From: an uncultured Gammaproteobacteria bacterium
Lineage (GTDB): Bacteria > Patescibacteriota > Patescibacteriia > 2-12-FULL-57-11
Direction of reading: 5' to 3'
Length of the DNA stretch: 39,704 bases
Assembly (NCBI GenBank): GCA_964591635.1
Contig: CAZQBA010000003.1
Coordinates: 1 to 39,704 of the forward strand
The notes under the pieces: model-generated
The model's input: only the letters and a program-made list of their open reading frames with translations
Databases searched by the model: none
What the model was told of the DNA's origin: nothing
Translations under genes and position numbers: made by a program
Shown: positions 33,859-39,704 of the stretch, one piece after another
Layout: the number at the start of each line of letters is the position of its first letter
How positions within the stretch are numbered: position 1 is the first letter of the stretch

Positions 33859-35677
33859 AGACGGAAGCGTTGGCAGATTGGGTTTGTCCGGCCTCGCTGA
33901 ACGTGGCGGTCACGATGCCGGAGCCGTAGGAGTTTATGGTGGTGCGCAGGGTGCCGGCCGACATGCTCCCGACCTGCGGATTGTTCAGGCTCCAGCCGGC
34001 CTGAGTGGTGACGTCCTTACTGGAACCGTCGCTATATTCGGCCGTGGCCCGGAAGGTGACTTGGCCGCCGGCAGCAAGCGTAGTGTTGGCCGGCGTGAGC
34101 AGCAGGCGCGTCAGCGTCGCTGCCTGAAGCTGTTGGACTCGTATATCTACGGACGCACTCATACCTTGGTATGCAGCCTGGACAGCGCCGAGGCCGGGCA
34201 GGGTAGTAGTCAAAAACCCACGCGTCACGGTGCCGAGCGGCGGATCACCCAGAACCATCCACGTAGCCTCGTTCGTGACATCCCGGGTGGAGTTGTCACT
34301 TAAAGTGAGGATGGCCCTGAGCTGTTGGGTGTCGGACGCATTCATAATGGTCCGCGTGGCCACCACAGAAAGGCGCAGCGTGGTGGGCGCGGGCAGGTTG
34401 GTGTTGGTGTTCGCATTGGCATTCGCGTTGATGACCGGCTGGTTGATGTTGGTGTTCATAGCCTCTCCTGCCGGGGCATCCGTTGTGGTGGCAGGCGCCG
34501 ATGGGGTGAGAACCGGACGCAAGGCCGGACGGAAGACCGGGCGAGCCGTCACCATGGCCGTAACCAAGGTGCCGAACTCGGACTCCGGCGAAAGCTCGCG
34601 CTCCAAGAACGCCGGGAGGTCGATGGGCGTGCCATTGACCGGCGCCACCATACCGCGAGCTTCCATGAGCCGCCCCAACAGCCGGACCCGGCCGTCGGCA
34701 TCCATACCCTGATCAATGGCCCAGATCGTACGGAGGTATGCCTTCCACGAACGAGTGCTTTGTTCCTGTTTCCCGGCACGGCCCAAGGCCATGGTTTCGG
34801 CAAAACGGCGTGTGGCGAAATCCATGGCCAACGCCCGCCGGTCGGCTGCATTGGTGGTGAGGGCCACGCGGACCGACTCGCCCAAACGGCGGAGCGGGTA
34901 GAGCGGCGACCCGGGCAAGACCGCGCTCGCCCGACGCAACACGGCTTCACGCTGCTCACGGATGTGCTGCAAAAAACGTTCGTCAGCAGCCTGCATTTTC
35001 TTAAACCAGGCAGAACCGCGCATCTCGCCCGGCGTGGCCCGACGACGCATCCCCTCCCGGGTCCGACGCTCGGCCGACTTGGCTCCCCAGGCTTCTTCGC
35101 CGGCCGTCACATTCTGCCAGGCATCTGCATCTGCCACATCCTTCTTTTCTTGCATGGCCACGCCCACCGCGCCCTCCACCACCTGGACCACATCACCCTC
35201 GGCGTCACGGACATCAACAACAAAGGCCGTACCACGGACAGTCGCCACCATAGACGTGGTTTCCACTTGGAAGGCCGCCTCCGGATCGAGCAGCTTCACG
35301 ACCCGCGACCAGACCCGGCCGCCCACCACCTGAAGGGTGACCACGGATCGCATGTGGTTGTCCTGGTCCACGCCCGCCTGAGTGACGGTCACTTCGCTGC
35401 TTTCGTCGAGGCGGGCCGTTGCGCCATCAAAAAAATTGACTGTGGCCTGGCTCCTGGCATTGGTCCGGATGTGCTCTCCCGGCACCACTACCGAGTCGAC
35501 CGTCACCGGCCGCCAAGATCCGGGTGTGCCAATGAAGGCCTCGCCCTCATCCACCGTCACTGCAGCCACCGGTGTGGCCCGTTCTTCGGGCGCACTCAAG
35601 GCCCAGGCGTTCACCCCACCCACGCCAAACAGCACGCCGATGATAAGGAAGGCCGCAAGGAATGTCCGCTTTTTCAT
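33839..35677 (-). CDS. Secreted or anchored FecR-domain protein with a central helical region and two C-terminal Big_2-like Ig domains
   Basis: Signal peptide MKKRTFLAAFLIIGVLFGVGGVNAWA. FecR-like beta region (GEHIRTNARSQATVNFFDGATARLDESSEVTV...ATVRGTAFVVDV). The C-terminal repeats resemble Big_2. It overlaps the cyclase start by 20 nt. The ATG at 35677 is preferred over the TTG at 35701. Confidence 0.75.
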   Translation of the reverse strand: MKKRTFLAAFLIIGVLFGVGGVNAWALSAPEERATPVAAVTVDEGEAFIGTPGSWRPVTVDSVVVPGEHIRTNARSQATVNFFDGATARLDESSEVTVTQAGVDQDNHMRSVVTLQVVGGRVWSRVVKLLDPEAAFQVETTSMVATVRGTAFVVDVRDAEGDVVQVVEGAVGVAMQEKKDVADADAWQNVTAGEEAWGAKSAERRTREGMRRRATPGEMRGSAWFKKMQAADERFLQHIREQREAVLRRASAVLPGSPLYPLRRLGESVRVALTTNAADRRALAMDFATRRFAETMALGRAGKQEQSTRSWKAYLRTIWAIDQGMDADGRVRLLGRLMEARGMVAPVNGTPIDLPAFLERELSPESEFGTLVTAMVTARPVFRPALRPVLTPSAPATTTDAPAGEAMNTNINQPVINANANANTNTNLPAPTTLRLSVVATRTIMNASDTQQLRAILTLSDNSTRDVTNEATWMVLGDPPLGTVTRGFLTTTLPGLGAVQAAYQGMSASVDIRVQQLQAATLTRLLLTPANTTLAAGGQVTFRATAEYSDGSSKDVTTQAGWSLNNPQVGSMSAGTLRTTINSYGSGIVTATFSEAGQTQSANASVYVAPAG

Positions 35678-35703
35678 ACCGGCGCACTTTAGCAAAAACA
35701 AGC

Positions 35704-35737
35704 CAATAAAAAAAGGTTCCGCGCTCGGTGCGGAACC
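35704..35737 (-). terminator. Strong intrinsic terminator directly after the 460-aa orphan gene
   Basis: GGUUCCGC-7 nt-GCGGAACC (8 bp, 35715-35737) followed by UUUUUUUUAUU. It begins 2 nt after the TAG at 35740. Confidence 0.8.
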
Positions 35738-35739
35738 GC

Positions 35740-37122
35740 CTATCCCTCCAGCACTTGGGCCCGAATGCAGGGGTCGGACCAGTCCACCCAGAAGACCTCC
35801 CGCGGATGGAGGATGGGCAGGATCCGGAGCGCCTGCCGGAGCTTGTACCGCCGGTGATTGACCGCGCCAGTCGAGGTCCGGCTCACGAGGGCATTCGACA
35901 GGCTGTGCAGCTGGAGCTCAGCCGGCAGCCCATGGAAGAGGAGGTCCATGCGGACCACGCGGAACTGCTGGGACGATTCCGGGTTGCGCTGGTGGCGCTC
36001 CGGGCGGAAGAGGCGCGTATCCTCAATCCCCCGGACAACGCCGGGCATGGTGAAGACCCGTTCGCACAAGGCCTGCATGCCCAAGGCCATCTGCGGCTCG
36101 TTCTTGAATACCAGCTCGCCGCGTAAGAGGTCGTTCAGCATCCAGGGGTCGGTCTTCCCCCGGGCCATCATCTTGAAGAGCGTGTCCCACAACCGCTTCT
36201 GGCCTGCCGGGTTGTAGAAGACCGGATAGAACCGCTCCGCCGGTTCCGCCCGGTCGCCCGGTGCGTCCGGCTGGCGAAAGGCTGGCCCGCGGAAGTAGCG
36301 CGTGATGAACGGGGTGACCACCAACTCCTCGCCTTCGGCCAGGTGCATGTTCACGCCTTCGGCCGCAATGCGCACGGGGATCCCCGAATCCTTGCGGATG
36401 ATGACGTGGACTTCCGTTACCCGGTGCATGCCCGGGACGAAGAAGTGCTGCTCCAGGGCGTCGGTGAGGAGTGACTGGAACGACCGGCCGTTCGTGATCT
36501 GTTCCATGAAAACCCAGATGCCGAACAGGCGTTGGGCCAGGGCCACGTCGCGCCGCATCCGGAACAAGAGGATGCGCCGCAATCGGTCCGGATCGTCCAT
36601 CTGCGGCCGCGGTGGCGGTATGGACAAGGGGCAGCGGGCGATTTCACGCAACATCTCAATCGGATCGTGGCGCGTCTCCAAAGCGCCTTCCGAGGTCAGG
36701 TTGAACTGCAGCTCGTCGGCCACGTACCGCTCGTTGAACCAGGTGACGGCGGCACGGGCGTCCTCCACGAAGCTGCACAACCGCTCATAGAGCTGGTCGT
36801 CGGTCATCGTCTCGCGGTGGATGCCATGTGTCACCCGCAGCTCGGCAACGAGATGTGACCGCGCCTTCTTGTGGCAGCCAGCCGCCGCCAAACGGCGCAT
36901 GAGCCCGGCGTACAGCCGCTGCTTGTGCAGATACTGGTACGACAACCGTTGGTTTTGCTTGCGCAATGCCCGGATGTAGGCCCGCAAACCAGCTTGGTCC
37001 ACCGGCCAGTGGGCATGCAGCTCCTCAAACCCGCGGGGGTCGACCGGCGCATGCTCCGGCTGGTGGCGCGCCTCGCGGAACTCCTGCGCGTCCCCAAACG
37101 ATTCCAAGTGTTGTTCGGCCAT
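35740..37122 (-). CDS. Orphan 460-aa protein; C-terminal region (about residues 305-430) resembles a divergent RelA/SpoT (RSH) nucleotidyltransferase domain
   Basis: It is the longest frame, with strong third-position G/C bias. The ATG at 37122 is preceded by GGAGGAG. The motif series is QKRLWDTLFKMMARG / NDLLRGELVF / QQFRVVRMDL / PAELQLHS / NHRRYK. It parallels the RSH synthetase motifs RxKxxxSxxxK / DxxGxR / YRSxH / ExQxRT / HxxxYK in order and spacing. The N-terminal 300 aa were not recognised. Confidence 0.6.
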   Translation of the reverse strand: MAEQHLESFGDAQEFREARHQPEHAPVDPRGFEELHAHWPVDQAGLRAYIRALRKQNQRLSYQYLHKQRLYAGLMRRLAAAGCHKKARSHLVAELRVTHGIHRETMTDDQLYERLCSFVEDARAAVTWFNERYVADELQFNLTSEGALETRHDPIEMLREIARCPLSIPPPRPQMDDPDRLRRILLFRMRRDVALAQRLFGIWVFMEQITNGRSFQSLLTDALEQHFFVPGMHRVTEVHVIIRKDSGIPVRIAAEGVNMHLAEGEELVVTPFITRYFRGPAFRQPDAPGDRAEPAERFYPVFYNPAGQKRLWDTLFKMMARGKTDPWMLNDLLRGELVFKNEPQMALGMQALCERVFTMPGVVRGIEDTRLFRPERHQRNPESSQQFRVVRMDLLFHGLPAELQLHSLSNALVSRTSTGAVNHRRYKLRQALRILPILHPREVFWVDWSDPCIRAQVLEG

Positions 37123-37177
37123 TGCTCCTCCATTCAATAGCCCATCTGCAACAGCACCATGCATGCCGCAGAAACCG

Positions 37178-37206
37178 AACCTACCAACCCCCGCCCCTTC
37201 TGGCAA
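37178..37206 (-). promoter_or_regulatory. Sigma70-like promoter candidate for the 460-aa orphan gene
   Basis: Minus strand reads TTGCCA-17 nt-TAGGTT, immediately after the upstream terminator U-tract and about 55 nt before the ATG. Confidence 0.35.
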
Positions 37207-37239
37207 GAAAAAACGGACATGCCCCGTGGGGAATGTCCG
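37205..37239 (-). terminator. Intrinsic terminator between the 211-aa and 460-aa orphan genes
   Basis: CGGACAU-(U)CCC-CACG-GGG(C)-AUGUCCG (37214-37239) followed by UUUUUUCUU, 23 nt after the 211-aa gene stop. Confidence 0.7.
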
Positions 37240-37262
37240 GTACTGCGGCGGGCGCCTGCCAA

Positions 37263-37898
37263 CTAGGCCAGCGTGGGACGGAGCCCGCGTAATGCATGGG
37301 GCAAGGTCCGCATGATGCTGACGATCTGTTCGCGGCTCTTTGCCGCAATGAGCACGGTCGCCAGGCGTTCTTGCACCCGGCCGTTGGGCAGGTCATCGTC
37401 GCCCAAGGCGCGGATGGTGATCCCAGATTTGTTTGCCAGCGGCAGGCAGGCCGTCACCATGTCCCGTGTCGCCGACTCCATGAGCGGGATGCGTGCGATG
37501 CAGGAGTAGGTGCTGCGCTGTCCCGCACACATGACCACGTCCCGGTACCAGCCACGGAGGTCCGGTTCCTCCTTCAGGCGGACCTGATCGCGTCCCAGCC
37601 CGTTGATGACCAGGCGGACGCAATGGTGCCCCCGCAGCCCGCGCATCTTCTTCTGAACCGCCTGCAGCGTTGCCGCGGTCCGCAGGTCGTTCAGGACGTC
37701 CGGGCTGAAATCGCTAGGGTGCCAGAGCTCCAGGCCGATGCCCCCCCGGCGTTCCTCGACGATCCCCGTCACTGCCACTTCACCGCTCTCTTGGATGAAA
37801 CAGTGGACACGCGCGACGGGTCGCTGGGCGACCGCTGGCACGACTCCTGTGATGGGATCGACCCGTTCCTCCATCAGCATCTCTGCCGTCTTCTCCAT
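37263..37898 (-). CDS. Orphan 211-aa hypothetical protein upstream of the RSH-like gene
   Basis: The ATG at 37898 is preceded by GGAGGAGGAGAG; the track start at 37919 is a TTG. No motif recognised (no HD, Walker or HTH signature seen). Third-position G/C bias is consistent with coding. Confidence 0.55.
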   Translation of the reverse strand: MEKTAEMLMEERVDPITGVVPAVAQRPVARVHCFIQESGEVAVTGIVEERRGGIGLELWHPSDFSPDVLNDLRTAATLQAVQKKMRGLRGHHCVRLVINGLGRDQVRLKEEPDLRGWYRDVVMCAGQRSTYSCIARIPLMESATRDMVTACLPLANKSGITIRALGDDDLPNGRVQERLATVLIAAKSREQIVSIMRTLPHALRGLRPTLA

Positions 37899-37977
37899 CT
37901 CGTCTCTCCTCCTCCGCAACGAGAAAGAACCCTTTCGGGTTCCATATCCGAGCGCGTGTCACTGCCCGCGCTTTTGC

Positions 37978-38006
37978 ACCATATCGGTTGAGGCCGAAGC
38001 CGTCAA
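37978..38006 (-). promoter_or_regulatory. Sigma70-like promoter candidate for the 211-aa orphan, followed by a structured leader
   Basis: Minus strand reads TTGACG-17 nt-TATGGT, starting 4 nt after the ndk stop. The roughly 70-nt leader contains GCGCG-N10-CGCGC. It also contains GAACCC-GAAA-GGGUUC followed by UUUCUCGUU (about 37921-37943), which is terminator- or attenuator-like. A pyrimidine run in the leader could pair with the SD. Confidence 0.4.
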
Positions 38007-38009
38007 CCG

Positions 38010-38468
38010 CTAGCCGTAGATGAAGTCGTAGTCCACCTTCTTGTAGGCGAAAATTTCGTTCTCCGTAAAAAAGCGGGTGATTTCCTGTTCTGCATTCTCT
38101 GGGGAGTCCGAGGCATGGACCAGGTTCATGTTGCCCATGGAGAGGTCGCCACGGATGGAACCGGCGTCGGCTTCGTTGCCGCGGGTCTTGCCCACAATGA
38201 TCCGCACGGCATTGACGCAATCCACGCCTTCCAACACCACGGCCACGACCGGCGCGGACATCATGAACTTCTTGAGGTCACCGAAGAACGGCTTCTCTTT
38301 ATGGTGGGCATAGTGCTCGTCCAAATGCACATCAGCCAGGGCCATCATCTTGAGGCCGACCACCTTCAATCCCTTGAGCTCAAAGCGCCGAATAATTTCG
38401 CCGAGCAAGTTACGCTGCAGGGCGTCGGGTTTGAGGAGGATAAGTGTGCGTTCAACTGTGGATGCCAT
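38010..38468 (-). CDS. ndk: Nucleoside diphosphate kinase
   Basis: 152 aa. ERTLILLKPDALQRNLLGEII, and GSIRGD...N.VHASDS with the catalytic His context NLVHASD. Confidence 0.93.
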   Translation of the reverse strand: MASTVERTLILLKPDALQRNLLGEIIRRFELKGLKVVGLKMMALADVHLDEHYAHHKEKPFFGDLKKFMMSAPVVAVVLEGVDCVNAVRIIVGKTRGNEADAGSIRGDLSMGNMNLVHASDSPENAEQEITRFFTENEIFAYKKVDYDFIYG

Positions 38469-39687
38469 AGCGGGAAAATACCGATGAATGTTGGCGACAG
38501 TGTAGCCGATCCGGCCGGGCTTGGCAAGGTGCCAACCGTTCCCGATAGCTCACCCACAGCACGAGGAGGGCGTACCAGACCACACCGGCCCACACCGGAA
38601 ATTCCCCGCCCGTGAGCTGTCCGGGCCAACTCGCCCCCCACTCCACAAGTGCGAGCAGCAGATATGCTGGAACGGCAAAAGGAAAAAGGTATGGGAGGAC
38701 CACGTCAGGAACCAGGCCCGCTATGAGAATAAGAACAGCTCCCAAAAGCGTAGTGAGCGGCACGAGGGGGGCGATGATGGCATTGATGATCGGCGCCAGG
38801 AGCGGCAGCCTACCGAAGCTACCGACGGTGATAGGCACAGTCGTCAGCGTGGCCGCCGTGCTATCCGACAATCCGGAACGGATCATGTTTGGCAACGAGC
38901 GGAAGATTGGGAGCTCAGTGAGCATGGCGTCGATGATGGGCGAGAGCCACAAGAGCCCGGCCACCGCAGAAAAGGAAAGGAGGAAGCTAAGTGAAAATTG
39001 TTCCTGCGGTGCCAACGCGAGCAAGCACGCCATGCCAAACAGAAACACATTGGCCCTATCTGCCTTGCGTCCCGACGCTCGAGCCCAGATAAGTACGACG
39101 CCCATCACGGCCGCCCGCAACACCGGAGCCTGGCTCCCCACAAACACGGCAAAGGCCACCATGCTACCGGCGACTACAAGGAATGTTTGGCGTCGCGGCA
39201 CACCAAGGAAACGTAAGATAGTACTCACTACGGTGGCAGTGACCCCCACGTTATACCCAGACACCACCATAATGTGTGCCGTGCCTGTGGCGCGAAACAG
39301 GTCTTTGGTTGCCTTGGCCATGCTGCCGGCCTGGCCAATGGTCATGCCGGTGACGAGTGATGCTACGTCGGATGGGAGAAAAGAAATGAGCCGTGTTTCC
39401 CAAGTCTCTTTCATTCCGACAAACAAGGTGTCTGGCAAAAAAAAGTCGGCGCCACATGAACGCCACGCCCCGAATGAGAACAACAGCACCGCCAAAGCCA
39501 CCGAACGAACTGCTGGCATCTGGCGACAGGCGAACCACACCGCCACGCCTGCCCCCATGCCTGGCCAGACCAACCACTCGAGCAGGTATTGCCCCAAGGC
39601 AATGCCCGCTACCACAGCAGCGCACCACACCCGAAACCGCAACGAGGCTGAGGCGCGCAAGGCGCACCAGAGATGTAAAACCGGCAT
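38452..39687 (-). CDS. ComEC/Rec2-family competence channel protein (membrane domain only)
   Basis: 411 aa, polytopic. FRATGTAHIMVVSGYNVGV matches the ComEC competence-domain motif (..G..HLLAISG.H..). No beta-lactamase-fold domain is present. It overlaps the ndk start by 17 nt. Confidence 0.75.
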   Translation of the reverse strand: MPVLHLWCALRASASLRFRVWCAAVVAGIALGQYLLEWLVWPGMGAGVAVWFACRQMPAVRSVALAVLLFSFGAWRSCGADFFLPDTLFVGMKETWETRLISFLPSDVASLVTGMTIGQAGSMAKATKDLFRATGTAHIMVVSGYNVGVTATVVSTILRFLGVPRRQTFLVVAGSMVAFAVFVGSQAPVLRAAVMGVVLIWARASGRKADRANVFLFGMACLLALAPQEQFSLSFLLSFSAVAGLLWLSPIIDAMLTELPIFRSLPNMIRSGLSDSTAATLTTVPITVGSFGRLPLLAPIINAIIAPLVPLTTLLGAVLILIAGLVPDVVLPYLFPFAVPAYLLLALVEWGASWPGQLTGGEFPVWAGVVWYALLVLWVSYRERLAPCQARPDRLHCRQHSSVFSRYGIHS

Positions 39688-39704
39688 ACCTCTAGGATAT
39701 GCCG

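Noticed and set aside
35704-38009. Compositional (GC) island status for the two orphan genes
   Set aside because: Hand counts give about 67% GC here, against 62-65% for the neighbouring ndk and cyclase. The difference is too small to claim without computation. Only the SD and transcription-unit features are used as evidence.
1-39704. CRISPR arrays, IS elements, integrase or recombinase genes, phage structural genes, and long direct repeats
   Set aside because: I found none on either strand. The only repeats seen are short hairpin arms, junction 10-mers and the hexamer-periodic linker.

Overview
GC-rich bacterial chromosomal window of 39.7 kb. My hand counts of single 60-nt lines give about 55-67% GC, with one block near 45-52%. 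Every protein gene except one lies on the minus strand; the exception is rpmB, a 59-aa ORF below the ORF-track cutoff. Reading the minus strand from high to low coordinates, the accessory half runs: ComEC-like membrane protein, ndk, two orphan genes (211 aa and 460 aa), a FecR-like protein overlapping a CHASE2 class III nucleotidyl cyclase, a lower-GC HExxH (peptidase-MA-like) gene, a DEAD-box helicase preceded by a 443-nt structured non-coding stretch, a DUF975-like membrane protein, purB, tRNA-Pro(GGG), a small membrane protein, rpmB on the plus strand, and an M50 protease. The core half is an almost uninterrupted str-S10-spc superoperon: rpsL-rpsG-fusA-(orphan 101 aa)-tuf-rpsJ-[305-nt spacer]-rplC-rplD-rplW-rplB-rpsS-rplV-rpsC-rplP-rpmC-rpsQ-rplN-rplX-rplE-rpsN(Z)-rpsH-rplF-rplR-rpsE-rplO-secY-adk-map. 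It continues into ruvX-recO-Wzy-like-asnS-aspS-wHTH-scpA-scpB and a 5'-partial D-Ala-D-Ala carboxypeptidase gene. There is no L30 gene between rpsE and rplO, AspRS lacks the GAD insertion, and gene junctions are 4-6 nt without Shine-Dalgarno (SD) motifs. I infer, without proof, that this fits a reduced CPR/Patescibacteria-like genome. The best candidate for something undescribed is at 35.7-38.0 kb. The 460-aa orphan has a C-terminal region whose motif order and spacing resemble a divergent RelA/SpoT (RSH) nucleotidyltransferase domain. It sits beside the 211-aa orphan. Each of the two genes has its own promoter-like element, an unusually strong SD and an intrinsic terminator, which resembles toxSAS or defence-like two-gene modules. 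Secondary leads are the structured 305-nt spacer splitting rpsJ from rplC and the 109-nt extended palindrome upstream of the helicase. All calls come from reading translations and sequence by eye; no searches were run.
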